41,161 bases of DNA from a bacterium (GCA_043718735.1 JAYSVC010000032.1:1-41161), one strand, 5' to 3'; numbered from the stretch's first letter, positions 10,304 through 19,997 are shown. Notes: generated from the sequence alone by a model not told the origin. Made by a program: numbers and translations.

Positions 10304-12022
10304 TTATACTTTTATTATTAGTGGTATAACTACAGGCTCTTTTGCTGTCTTAGTCATTAAGTATTTTTGTAAGACCATTTGTAATTCACCTTTTAAGTCA
10401 TCTATTTCTATGTGTCTATTTTTAGTTAAGTAGTCATTCATGATATCATTGATAATAACTCTTGCTCCATTTAGAAGGTCTTGTGACTCTTTTAAGAATA
10501 CAAAGCCACGCGTTGCTATGTCAGGAGTCTTTTTTAATTTATGTCCACGCATATCAAGTAATATGATTGCGAAGAATACACCCTGAGCCCCAAGGGTCTC
10601 ACGATCTTTTATTACTACATTATGTAATTTACCAATTTTGTTTCCGTCTACTACCACTATTTCACTTTCTACTTTTTCACGAGTGTTTGAGATACGTAAT
10701 CCATCAGTTTTAACTTCTATAACCATACCATTATCAGGTATTATAATATGATTTTCTGGAGTGCCTATTTTTCTCTCTATATCAGCATGCACACGCAACA
10801 TGTAGTGGCAACCAGAAACAGGGATAAAGAATCTTGGATTCATGCTTCTGTGTAAATCAGTGAGCTCATCAAAATTAGCACTGTTACTCATAAGTATATC
10901 ACCATATTTATAATGTTTTATAACACCTCCTAATCTCGAGATACTATCTTTTAAGTTTTGTGCTGAGCGCTGATTGTGTATTATGGGGTGCGTAGCTATT
11001 ATTATTACGTCTCCTTCTTCTATTTTTATATTGTCATTGTTGCCATCAGCTATCTTTGTAAGATTAACATCCTCACGACCTTCTTCTCCAGTGTTTAGTA
11101 TTACTATTTCGCTAGATTTATATTTATTTATATCTTTTACATCTATTATTAAATCCTTTAAATCACCAAGTAAGCCAGTCTCTTGAGCTGATAAAATATT
11201 CTCGCTTACTGTGTTACTGTCTAATATTATTTTTTTATTTAATTTTTCAGATATTTCTAAAATAGTTTTAATGTGAAAAATGTTATTTGCAAAAGTAGAA
11301 ACAATTATTTTTTTAGTAGCTCTTTTAAAAGTCTCTTCTATATCATTCTTAACATCTAAATAAGTGATTGACTTACCACCAGTTTCTGTATTCATTGATT
11401 CTGCTATCAAAAGCATGTTCTTAGAAGTAGAATTAAATGCATCTTTTATATTTTTAGTGTCATTAGTGTATATTATGTCACCACCTTCAGTTTTTACAGC
11501 TATAGAAAAATAGTCGGGAGTAGTATGGTTTATGGCTATAAAGTTTATGTCTATATCTCCTATGTTCATAATCATCTCTTCTTCTACTGGAACGAATTCC
11601 GTATTGTGACTTATACCTTTTGCTTCCATTCTCTTTTGTATAAGTGTATTAGTAAATAGTCTACCATAAACTCTTTTAATAGATAATTTTTCTATTAAAA
11701 ATGGTAAAGCTCCCGAGTTTTCTAAGCTACTATTTGTTATTATTACTCCCTTTATCTTGTCTATATTTTCTTCTAAGTATCTTGTGTTGGGGATTATATA
11801 GTCTACACCTGGCATTTTAGATGCTGAAAATTGGACTCCAGCATTCACTATTACTATACTATCTTTGTATTCTAAGGCTGTCATATTCTTGCCACACTCC
11901 TCAGTTCCGCCAAGATTTATAATACGTAAATTACCTTCTTTTAAAGGTGCTACATAACCACCTTTTCTTTCGAGTAGGTCGCTATTTTGTGTAAATTTTT
12001 TAAATGGTTTTCTATTTTGCAT
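10304..12022 (-). CDS. ribonuclease J paralog with degenerate metal-binding motifs
   Basis: Collinear with the neighbouring RNase J, but HGHLDH reads NSSLEN, HSSGHA reads LMSNSA and PVHG reads PVSG. Confidence 0.88.
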   Translation of the reverse strand: MQNRKPFKKFTQNSDLLERKGGYVAPLKEGNLRIINLGGTEECGKNMTALEYKDSIVIVNAGVQFSASKMPGVDYIIPNTRYLEENIDKIKGVIITNSSLENSGALPFLIEKLSIKRVYGRLFTNTLIQKRMEAKGISHNTEFVPVEEEMIMNIGDIDINFIAINHTTPDYFSIAVKTEGGDIIYTNDTKNIKDAFNSTSKNMLLIAESMNTETGGKSITYLDVKNDIEETFKRATKKIIVSTFANNIFHIKTILEISEKLNKKIILDSNTVSENILSAQETGLLGDLKDLIIDVKDINKYKSSEIVILNTGEEGREDVNLTKIADGNNDNIKIEEGDVIIIATHPIIHNQRSAQNLKDSISRLGGVIKHYKYGDILMSNSANFDELTDLHRSMNPRFFIPVSGCHYMLRVHADIERKIGTPENHIIIPDNGMVIEVKTDGLRISNTREKVESEIVVVDGNKIGKLHNVVIKDRETLGAQGVFFAIILLDMRGHKLKKTPDIATRGFVFLKESQDLLNGARVIINDIMNDYLTKNRHIEIDDLKGELQMVLQKYLMTKTAKEPVVIPLIIKV

Positions 12023-12030
12023 ATTTTTGT

Positions 12031-13695
12031 TTAATGTATTAATTTATAAATTGATGTAATTTTCTCTTGATATTTGTTTATGATTGACCAGATTTTTTCT
12101 TTTTCTTTATGCCAGTTCAGTATATCTCCGCTTAGTTCTTTTTTATTTGATATTTGTTTTGGGGTTTCTAAGGTTAAACCATTTTTTATTTCCAAATATT
12201 CTGTAGTGGTGTAAAGTGGTATATATGGATATTCTAAATAAAATTCTTCTTTCATATTTTCTAAAGAGTTTTTAATTTCTTCAGTAGAAGAGGAGGTTTT
12301 AATTAGTGTTAAGTTTTTATCAAAAGATGTGCTGGTATATCCTGTAATGTTAAGTCCTGGGGCATTACGTTGACTAGAGTGCCAAAATGCATACAAGTCT
12401 TCAGGGTTGTTTATCTCTATAGAGTAGAGAAGTATCTCAAAGTCTCTGTTTTTGATTATGTTATTTAATATTTCACTTTGGCTTTCTTTTACTATATTGA
12501 TATTAATATTTATTTTAGATAAAGATTCCTTTACTGACTCTGCTATTTTATTTTGTTTTTCATTGTCAACTATCGTTAAGTTTATATTTATTGGAGAAGT
12601 AGACACAGTTTCCGTCTCTGGTGTCTTATCTAAGTCACTTCTAAGGTCCGAAGCTGGAAAAAGATCAAAAGTTGGAATGTTTTTAGATTCTATAGAAGTA
12701 ACTAATTCATTTCTATTGATCGTGTAATATATAGATTCCCTTATTTTTTTCTTAGCTAATAAATCTTTTTTATTTCCATTTAAAAATAGGGCCGTTATCT
12801 TTGGAGTTACATGATTTATTTTTGTAAAATCTTCTGTGTCCTTATTTGAATTAAAAATTATATCTGCATCAGCACCGTCTTCTAAGTCTATTGTCATTTC
12901 CTCATACGTTTTGTATGTATTTATATTTATATATTTTAAATAAGGAATAGCGTATTTGTTATTGTTAGTTATTAGATTTATTTTTTTTATACTAGTATCT
13001 ATTTTTTCCACTGTATCTATTCTGTATATACCGCTAGTTACACTATAAAGAGATTTTTGAGAAGAGCTAAGTGTTTCAAATTTTTCATCTTCATAATCCT
13101 TTTTTGAGATTATGCCTAAGGTTAATATTTCATTTGTGTTAGAAAAATTTTTAGAAAGATTAAGTATAAAGTTTTCTTCATCTATCTTTTCAAAAGTTAA
13201 TCCTTCATATTTTACACGATTGATGCCATCTATTAGTATATTAGTAGCTAATTCATAAGTGAATATAATGTCATCTGTTGTTATTTTTTCTCCATTTGAA
13301 AATTTTAAGTCATCCTTTAATTGTATATTTATCCTTGTACCAGTATCGTCTTTTGTTATATTTTTTGCTAAGTCATTTATGTAATTATTATTAATATCTT
13401 TTTTTAATATTCCTGAATAAAGTAAACTACTGACAAAATTATCAATGTCTGAATGAGAGTAAAAAGGTAAAAAGTATTTAAAATTACCAATACTTGCAAT
13501 AGAAATAGTTTGATTTCTAGAGGGGGTGAGTGTTGTAAGCTTGCTTAGAAAGTATAAAGCAGAAACCAAAATAAGAATACCACATAGAAAAAAAGCAGAA
13601 CCAGAGTAAAAGCTCTTTTCTGGAGGTAGATTAAAAAGTGAGATTTTTAATTTCTCAAGTATCTTTTTTTCTTTGAATAGTTTTATGTCAATCAT
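12031..13695 (-). CDS. ABC-type substrate-binding protein (family 5, peptide/nickel-like), membrane-anchored
   Basis: N-terminal TM; KFSNGEKITTDDIIFTY, FWHSSQRNAPGLNITGY and PYIPLY motifs. Confidence 0.85.
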   Translation of the reverse strand: MIDIKLFKEKKILEKLKISLFNLPPEKSFYSGSAFFLCGILILVSALYFLSKLTTLTPSRNQTISIASIGNFKYFLPFYSHSDIDNFVSSLLYSGILKKDINNNYINDLAKNITKDDTGTRINIQLKDDLKFSNGEKITTDDIIFTYELATNILIDGINRVKYEGLTFEKIDEENFILNLSKNFSNTNEILTLGIISKKDYEDEKFETLSSSQKSLYSVTSGIYRIDTVEKIDTSIKKINLITNNNKYAIPYLKYININTYKTYEEMTIDLEDGADADIIFNSNKDTEDFTKINHVTPKITALFLNGNKKDLLAKKKIRESIYYTINRNELVTSIESKNIPTFDLFPASDLRSDLDKTPETETVSTSPININLTIVDNEKQNKIAESVKESLSKINININIVKESQSEILNNIIKNRDFEILLYSIEINNPEDLYAFWHSSQRNAPGLNITGYTSTSFDKNLTLIKTSSSTEEIKNSLENMKEEFYLEYPYIPLYTTTEYLEIKNGLTLETPKQISNKKELSGDILNWHKEKEKIWSIINKYQEKITSIYKLIH

Positions 13696-13781
13696 ATATT
13701 TATGATTGCAAAGTGACTCATTTATAAAGCTAGTAGACTTTTATGGCAGTGATCTATGTTATTTAACCTTGTCTTTATATA

Positions 13782-13997
13782 TTAAATAAAAGCATGATAA
13801 GCTAACGATAAAGCAAAAAGCACAGCAACAATTGTTGTTGATTTATATATTGTTGATTCTAATCCGCGACGTTTGAAGCTGGTCGCCGAGTCTTGTGAAA
13901 AGGCTCCACCAGCGTCAGTATTAGACCTTTGTATAAGGATTAATACTATTAATGTTACAGATAATATCACATTTGTAGCTAAAACGAGTGATTGCAT
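13782..13997 (-). CDS. secG: preprotein translocase subunit SecG
   Basis: 71 aa with two TM segments; ILIQ..GGAF..RRGLE pattern. Confidence 0.9.
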   Translation of the reverse strand: MQSLVLATNVILSVTLIVLILIQRSNTDAGGAFSQDSATSFKRRGLESTIYKSTTIVAVLFALSLAYHAFI

Positions 13998-14065
13998 GTA
14001 TACATAATAGCATATCTGCAGAATAATGCAAATATGTTATACTGCTAATTAGACATTTAATAACA

Positions 14066-15406
14066 ATGGCAAAAGTAGTAAAAAACATAATAACAGAAGA
14101 GTTAGTAAGACAAATAAGTCATGAGAAAAATGAGCCTTTTTGGATGTTGGAAAAAAGACTGGCTGCACTCGTTACTTTTTATGATATTTTAAAAGAAAAA
14201 GGAATGCCAAATTTTGGACCTGATTTGAGTGGACTTGATCTTGCAAAAATATCTTATTATAAATCACCAAAAACTGATGAGAAAAGTTCTTGGGCTGATG
14301 TACCACAAGACATAAAAGACACTTTTGATAAATTAGGAATACCGGCAGCCGAGCATGAATACTTGGGTGGCGTTGGTGCTCAGTATGACAGTGGTGTTGT
14401 GTATCACAAAGTAAAAGAGATATTAAAAAGGCAAGGAGTAGTATTTGAAAATATGGATACCGCCGTGCACATGTATCCAGAACTGGTGCAAAAGTATTTT
14501 ATGACTGATTGTGTGCCTGCTGGTGATCACTTGTTTACATCTATGCACGGTGCTGTGTGGAGTGGTGGTACTTTTATATATATACCCAAAGGTGTAAAAG
14601 CTTCCATGCCACTCCAAGCATATTTTCGTATGAATGAGCCCAGTGCTGGGCAGTTTGAACATACATTAATAATAGTAGATGAGAGGGCAAGTGTAGAATA
14701 TATAGAAGGTTGTAGTGCTCCAAAATATAATGCTAGTAGTCTCCATGCTGGATGTGTTGAGATATTTGTACACAAAAATGCAAAAGCAAAATATATAAGT
14801 GTAGAGAACTGGTCTAAGAATACATATAATCTCAATACAAAAAAAAGTATAGTATATGAAAATGGAGAGATAAATTGGATCAATGGCAACATGGGTTCAA
14901 AGGTCACTATGCTGTATCCTACTTCTATATTACTTGGTGATAACAGTAAATCAGAAAGTCTGGGCATAGTATTCGCAGGTGAGAATCAGAATCAGGATAC
15001 TGGATCAAAAGTAATACATATAGGTAAGAACACATCATCTGTAATTAAAAGTAAAAGTGTGAGTATGGATGGTGGAGTTTCTAATTATAGAGGATTTGTT
15101 CAGGTTGCAAAGTCTGCTCAGAATACAAAAAGTTATGTAAGTTGTGATGCTTTAATTTTAGATGAAAAGAGTAGTAGCACTACATTACCGATGAATAAAA
15201 TAGAAAATAAAAATGCCAACGTGACGCATGAAGCGACAGTTGGCAAGATTGGGGACAAGGAATTATTTTACCTTATGAGTCATGGATATTCAAAAGAAGA
15301 TGCTTACAGATTAGTTGTTGGTGGCTTTGTATCACCGATAATCCGCTCACTGCCTATTGAATATGCTATTGAGTTCAATAGGTTGGTAGAGCTTGAGATG
15401 GAGTAG
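14066..15406 (+). CDS. sufB: Fe-S cluster assembly protein SufB
   Basis: GVGAQYDS, AVWSGGTF, GQFEHTLI, YIEGCSAP and HEATVGKI motifs. Confidence 0.96.
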   Translation: MAKVVKNIITEELVRQISHEKNEPFWMLEKRLAALVTFYDILKEKGMPNFGPDLSGLDLAKISYYKSPKTDEKSSWADVPQDIKDTFDKLGIPAAEHEYLGGVGAQYDSGVVYHKVKEILKRQGVVFENMDTAVHMYPELVQKYFMTDCVPAGDHLFTSMHGAVWSGGTFIYIPKGVKASMPLQAYFRMNEPSAGQFEHTLIIVDERASVEYIEGCSAPKYNASSLHAGCVEIFVHKNAKAKYISVENWSKNTYNLNTKKSIVYENGEINWINGNMGSKVTMLYPTSILLGDNSKSESLGIVFAGENQNQDTGSKVIHIGKNTSSVIKSKSVSMDGGVSNYRGFVQVAKSAQNTKSYVSCDALILDEKSSSTTLPMNKIENKNANVTHEATVGKIGDKELFYLMSHGYSKEDAYRLVVGGFVSPIIRSLPIEYAIEFNRLVELEME

Positions 15407-15740
15407 ATGTATCAGCTTCCAAAGTTGTTTGCTCAATATCTGAAATAACCATGGTATAACTTTTGAGTGCAGGGGATGTGGTAATAATAAATGAATACAT
15501 TAGATTATCTACAATACAGTACCAATTTATTTTATATTCTGTTTGAGGGGTATACCACCCACCCTTGCTTTCATTTCTATTTTTACAAATCGTATATATC
15601 TTCTCTTTTAATTCAATAAGATTTACTTTGCAAATCAATATTTTCTTATTTGGAAAATGTGTTTGTATTTGCTCCAGAACATGAGTGTAGACTCTGTTTG
15701 CTTTGTTTTCAAGATTTTCTATTTGTCTATAGATACCCAT
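15375..15740 (-). CDS. orphan hypothetical protein A (121 aa)
   Basis: AGGAG SD upstream and its own promoter; 3' end overlaps the sufB 3' end by 32 nt. Confidence 0.7.
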   Translation of the reverse strand: MGIYRQIENLENKANRVYTHVLEQIQTHFPNKKILICKVNLIELKEKIYTICKNRNESKGGWYTPQTEYKINWYCIVDNLMYSFIITTSPALKSYTMVISDIEQTTLEADTSTPSQALPTY

Positions 15741-15760
15741 TTTAATTCTCCTATTTGATT

Positions 15761-15810
15761 AAAGAACAATTACAAAATCATAATACAATAAATACATGAT
15801 AATTACAAGT
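15761..15810 (-). repeat. 50-bp promoter/leader repeat, copy 1
   Basis: 45/50 identical to 17922-17971; contains TTGTAA-17-TATTAT and AATTGTTCTTT. Confidence 0.85.
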
Positions 15811-15872
15811 AAAAGTAGTGTGAAGCTATTAAAAGGTCACACAGGGAAAATAAAAACTTTTGAAATAAACAT

Positions 15873-15931
15873 TTGACTAAAACATTTAAATAGTGTAGTA
15901 TGAGGAAGTAATTTTTAACCTTTAAAAGGAG
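15873..15931 (+). promoter_or_regulatory. sigma70-type promoter and SD of orphan B
   Basis: TTGACT (15873), 17 bp, TAGTAT (15896); AGGAG at 15927. Confidence 0.7.
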
Positions 15932-15937
15932 AAATCG

Positions 15938-17032
15938 ATGAGTAAAAATATTGAAAAACTTAAAAAATTAGTCTTAAGAATGTTGCTTGATGGTGGTGGA
16001 GAGGGAGATACTTCACTCAGATTTGCTCAGGCATTAGTCAGAAAAGATAAAGATTTGGCTCATGAGCTTTGTTCTGGTGTAATAAATACAGAGAGAGAAG
16101 TTTCAGAGTTGTCTGACTCTCTTAGAAGTAAGATAGTAGAAGCGGAAGCTGAAAAACAAAAATTTTTTACAGAAAGTGACAAGGTTTCAGTACTTTTATC
16201 AGAAATATCTACATTACTTATTGATTTTGATGGTAAATATTTATCAAAATTAAATAAATCTTTTTCAAGTTATTCATCGTCAGATTTTTCACAGTTTCTA
16301 AAAACTCCAATGGTTATTAGAATTATAATTGATGCAAAATATAATTGGTTTGAAAAATTGATGATTATTATTTTTAATAAAAATCCAGAAACTTTACCAG
16401 TTCATATTTCAGATCAAGCTAGTCTCTTAAAAGATTTAGAAAGACAAACAATAGTCGCCGGTGAAGAATTGACTAGGTTGTTAGACAAGAAAAGCACGTT
16501 AGAAAATCTGGCCAATCTTCAATATATTTTAGTTCAAACAGTTGAACCAAAATCTGTTAAAGTGAAAGAGGTTACACTTCTTTCTGAAATAACAAAAAAG
16601 GAGGATCAGTTCAAAGCTGACGTAGCCTCAGAATTAGATATGTTCGACAAAATAGTTGAAAAGAAAAAAGCTGAGATATTGGCAATAAGGGAAGAGGCTG
16701 ACAAAGAGGCTAAGAAATTAGAAGAAATCAGGACTCGCATAGCAAAAGCTAATTTAAAATTAAAGTCAGTTGAAGATAAAATATCTCCATATGACAGAAT
16801 GGTCTTGAATGCTGATGCTTTGGAAAAAATACTTGAAAATGTAAGAGAGACAGGAAAAGTTAATAATGAGAGTGGTACAAAAGTAGACGAAAAGCTAGGC
16901 GTGTTACTATCTATGGGACTGCAGACATTATTTAACATACCATCACGTAAAGAAGCTGGTATAGCATATGTTAATGATAGTGAACTTCAAGTTCAGGTTA
17001 AAGACTTTAAAAAGGTGATACAAAATATATAA
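15938..17032 (+). CDS. orphan coiled-coil protein B (364 aa)
   Basis: Long ORF with E/K/L-rich helical composition, SD, promoter and terminator. Confidence 0.8.
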   Translation: MSKNIEKLKKLVLRMLLDGGGEGDTSLRFAQALVRKDKDLAHELCSGVINTEREVSELSDSLRSKIVEAEAEKQKFFTESDKVSVLLSEISTLLIDFDGKYLSKLNKSFSSYSSSDFSQFLKTPMVIRIIIDAKYNWFEKLMIIIFNKNPETLPVHISDQASLLKDLERQTIVAGEELTRLLDKKSTLENLANLQYILVQTVEPKSVKVKEVTLLSEITKKEDQFKADVASELDMFDKIVEKKKAEILAIREEADKEAKKLEEIRTRIAKANLKLKSVEDKISPYDRMVLNADALEKILENVRETGKVNNESGTKVDEKLGVLLSMGLQTLFNIPSRKEAGIAYVNDSELQVQVKDFKKVIQNI

Positions 17033-17036
17033 AAAC

Positions 17037-17062
17037 AACCCCACAAATTAATTTGTGGGGTT
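17037..17062. terminator. bidirectional terminator shared by orphans B and C
   Basis: aaccccacaaat-ta-atttgtggggtt inverted repeat. Confidence 0.8.
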
Positions 17063-17071
17063 TTATTCTAT

Positions 17072-17896
17072 TTAATTTATAGCCAAATATTTTTCGCGCA
17101 AGCCAGATGTTTTTATCAAACCAATTTGCTCAGTTCCAAACACATCGATAATATCATTAAGCTTCGCCCATTTGGCGAATTTGTAAAGCATCTTGTCATA
17201 CACATCTTCTTCGGTTGTAATTTTAGGATTTTTCATTGAGAAAAATCCTACATAGTCACACTCTTTTTCTAACTCTATTAAAGTAGAAAATTCACCGATA
17301 CTACCACCGGTACGTGGGTCATATTCTGTACCCAGTCCAATAAATTGGACAAAAACTTTTTTATTTTTTATGCTTTTAACATAATTAATAAAATCATTAT
17401 GATTACCTTCATCTTGACCATCACTTATAAAGCTAATGTAAATAACATCAGACAAGTCTCCACCCCCGACAGCCATTTTCATAGCTGGAAGATACAAAGT
17501 TCCTCGTTCCTCATTTTCAAAATTAGACCTGATAAGTGCCGCAGCTGAACCGTAGCGATTTTTAGTAATTTTACCAATATTTTTAGCAACATTACCGAGA
17601 CCAATACAATCAACTTCTGCATTCTCATTTTTAAGTAGACGATGAGACAGGGTGATGACACGCTCGGTAGCAATTTGCACGAATCCATTGTTAAAGTATA
17701 AGTCCATGGACCCACTGACGTCAGCTACTGATCTGAACTTATCAATTAATGGTTTGATAATGCCATGTTTTCTGAGTGCAGGGTCAAGTTCATGGGCTTT
17801 TTTTACGATGAGTAGTTCATCAGAAGATTTTGCTTCCATGTCCCGCTTATTAAAAATAGCAGGTAAGTTAGTGGGGTTCTTATTTTTGTCGGACAT
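17072..17896 (-). CDS. vWA domain protein, TerF-C-terminal-like (orphan C)
   Basis: MIDAS DVSGS, GTLYLPAM, FISDG and FVQFIGLG motifs. Start MSDKNKN follows AAGGAG. Confidence 0.8.
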   Translation of the reverse strand: MSDKNKNPTNLPAIFNKRDMEAKSSDELLIVKKAHELDPALRKHGIIKPLIDKFRSVADVSGSMDLYFNNGFVQIATERVITLSHRLLKNENAEVDCIGLGNVAKNIGKITKNRYGSAAALIRSNFENEERGTLYLPAMKMAVGGGDLSDVIYISFISDGQDEGNHNDFINYVKSIKNKKVFVQFIGLGTEYDPRTGGSIGEFSTLIELEKECDYVGFFSMKNPKITTEEDVYDKMLYKFAKWAKLNDIIDVFGTEQIGLIKTSGLREKYLAIN

Positions 17897-17921
17897 TTTT
17901 TCTCTCCTTGAGTTTTGGTTA

Positions 17922-17971
17922 AAAGAACAATTACAAAAACATAATACAATAAACAAATTATAATTGCAAGT
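17922..17971 (-). repeat. 50-bp promoter/leader repeat, copy 2
   Basis: 45/50 identical to 15761-15810; contains TTGCAA-17-TATTAT. Confidence 0.85.
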
Positions 17972-18039
17972 CTTGTTAGAATTATGGTATAATAGTTATA
18001 AGATTTATTTTTATTTATAAAATATAATACATAGTATCC

Positions 18040-18657
18040 ATGACTAACTACGGCTTAAAAGTAAATACAAAATATAATTTAAAAGATTATGAAGAAAAAG
18101 TAATGACTACTGCAGGAGATATTGTTTTATTTGAAAGTGGTATATATAAAATATATTGTGATGGAGATATTTTCATAAAGCATAATATTACGAACAGGCT
18201 AATACATATAAAATGTATTAGCACTCGTGATGACATAAAAATAAATATAGAGGCGAGTGGTATGGTGGGTGGCGCCGAAGGCGCCACCCATGAAGAAAAT
18301 GTTCCTAGGATTTGTTCTGACATATATCACGAAGTCTCAGCGCAAAATAAAAACATAGAAGTAAATATAAAAACAAAATGTGTGGTAGGTGATAATGCAA
18401 AAATAATATATAGATCAAATATAATGAGCTGTAATGGAAGTGGAACAGGAAGTCAAAAAGCAGAGTTTTTAAAAATTAATGATGGTAGCGAAGTGGATGC
18501 AGAGCCAAGCTTAAGCATATTGGGAGATAATTTTAAATGTTCGCACTCATTCTCTGTGACTAAAATAAATGAAGAAAAAGAAAATTACTTAGCTCTTCAT
18601 GGTTATGAAAAAGAAGATATAGAAAAAGAAATAGTAGAGAGTTTTTTAAATAGTTAA
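18040..18657 (+). CDS. sufD: short SufD-like (SufBD family) protein
   Basis: C-terminal VDAEPSLSI...KCSHS...YL..G....I...IVESFL pattern; directly upstream of sufS. Confidence 0.7.
   Translation: MTNYGLKVNTKYNLKDYEEKVMTTAGDIVLFESGIYKIYCDGDIFIKHNITNRLIHIKCISTRDDIKINIEASGMVGGAEGATHEENVPRICSDIYHEVSAQNKNIEVNIKTKCVVGDNAKIIYRSNIMSCNGSGTGSQKAEFLKINDGSEVDAEPSLSILGDNFKCSHSFSVTKINEEKENYLALHGYEKEDIEKEIVESFLNS
18266..18290. repeat. GC-rich intragenic palindrome
   Basis: tgggtggcgcc-gaa-ggcgccaccca, a perfect 11-bp stem. Confidence 0.8.
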
Positions 18658-18681
18658 ATATGCTATAATCTCAAGTAAGAC

Positions 18682-19935
18682 ATGAACAAAGAAGATTTTC
18701 AAATATTTGATAATTACAAAAAAGAAACTGGAGAAAACCTAGTTTATTTTGATAATGCATCTACTTCGCAAACCCCTCATCAGGTGTTAGATGTTATGAA
18801 TTATTATTATACGAATCATAAGACAAACATAGATAGGGGATTGTATAAAATAGAAGAAATATCTACTTCAAAATATGAAGAAGCTAGAAAAAAGATAGCT
18901 AACTTTTTAAATGTAGAAAATGATGAAGTTATATTTACTGGTGGAGCAACTGACAGTTCTAACAAGCTTATGACGTTAATAGAAAAACATCTAGCAAAAT
19001 ATCCAGACTTATATAAAACAAAAAACGAAATACTGGTAAGTGTAAATACTCATCACAGTGAATTTTTGCCATTACAAGAATATGCAAAGAGAAATAATCT
19101 AACAATAAAGATATTAAATAATTTAGAAGAGTTAGAAAAAGAGATAACAGAAAAAACTTTGCTGGCCTCTCTACAATTAGTTAGTAATGTTACCGGATTA
19201 ATTTTAAAAAAAGAAGATGTAAAAAAAATAGTAGTAAAATGTAAAGAATCACACGCATTTTCTATTTTAGATATCAGTGCAGGAGCGGGACATATAAATA
19301 TTAATTTAAAGGATTTGGATTGTGATGCGACTTACTTTTCTGCACACAAAATGTGTGGACCGTCAGGAGTTGGGGTTTTATTTTTAAAGAGATTATACAG
19401 TCGCGACATGTTACCTGTTTATGTTGGTGGTGGTATGGTGGGCGTTGTTAATGAGTTAGAAAGTAATTACAGGAGTGATATAAAAGCTTTTGAAGCAGGG
19501 ACGCAAAATATCCCTGCTGTAATAGGTTTTGCTGCTGCTGTAGATTATTTGGAAAAGATTGGATTAGATAATATATATAATCACAATCAGGAATTATTAA
19601 AATATTTTCATGAAAAGTTAAAGCAAGAAGAAAATAGAAATAATAAAAATAATATAAAAATCTATTCAGAAGAAAATCTGGAAAATAATATTGGAATAAT
19701 ATCTTTTAATATTAAAAATAATAGTGGAGAATTAATACATGCTCATGACGTGGCACAGATACTAGCTGATAATAATATTTGTGTTAGAAGTGGTCATCAC
19801 TGCGCAGCATTACTTATGAAAAAGTTAGAAGTATCAGCTGTTACCAGATTGTCTTTTTATTTTTATAATACAAAAGAAGATATTGATTTATTTTTTATTG
19901 CGATTAAAAAAGTCATAGATAAGTTTAGTGTTTAA
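18682..19935 (+). CDS. sufS: cysteine desulfurase, SufS family
   Basis: YFDNASTSQ, SAHKM (PLP lysine), FEAGT and RSGHHCA motifs. Confidence 0.94.
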   Translation: MNKEDFQIFDNYKKETGENLVYFDNASTSQTPHQVLDVMNYYYTNHKTNIDRGLYKIEEISTSKYEEARKKIANFLNVENDEVIFTGGATDSSNKLMTLIEKHLAKYPDLYKTKNEILVSVNTHHSEFLPLQEYAKRNNLTIKILNNLEELEKEITEKTLLASLQLVSNVTGLILKKEDVKKIVVKCKESHAFSILDISAGAGHININLKDLDCDATYFSAHKMCGPSGVGVLFLKRLYSRDMLPVYVGGGMVGVVNELESNYRSDIKAFEAGTQNIPAVIGFAAAVDYLEKIGLDNIYNHNQELLKYFHEKLKQEENRNNKNNIKIYSEENLENNIGIISFNIKNNSGELIHAHDVAQILADNNICVRSGHHCAALLMKKLEVSAVTRLSFYFYNTKEDIDLFFIAIKKVIDKFSV

Positions 19936-19939
19936 AATA

Positions 19940-19974
19940 AAAATAGCTTCACAAAAAAATTGTGAAGCTGTTTT
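19940..19974. terminator. bidirectional terminator between sufS and orphan D
   Basis: agcttcacaa...ttgtgaagct stem with A and T flanks. Confidence 0.75.
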
Positions 19975-19997
19975 GATTTGTGTTTTAGTTTTGATTT

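Noticed and set aside
15761-17971. CRISPR array or integron attC interpretation of the 50-bp repeat
   Set aside because: There are only two copies 2.16 kb apart, they are not palindromic, they lack attC core sites, and the window has no cas or integrase gene.
15375-17971. Prophage or IS element within the suf cluster
   Set aside because: No phage structural, integrase or transposase motifs and no terminal inverted repeats.
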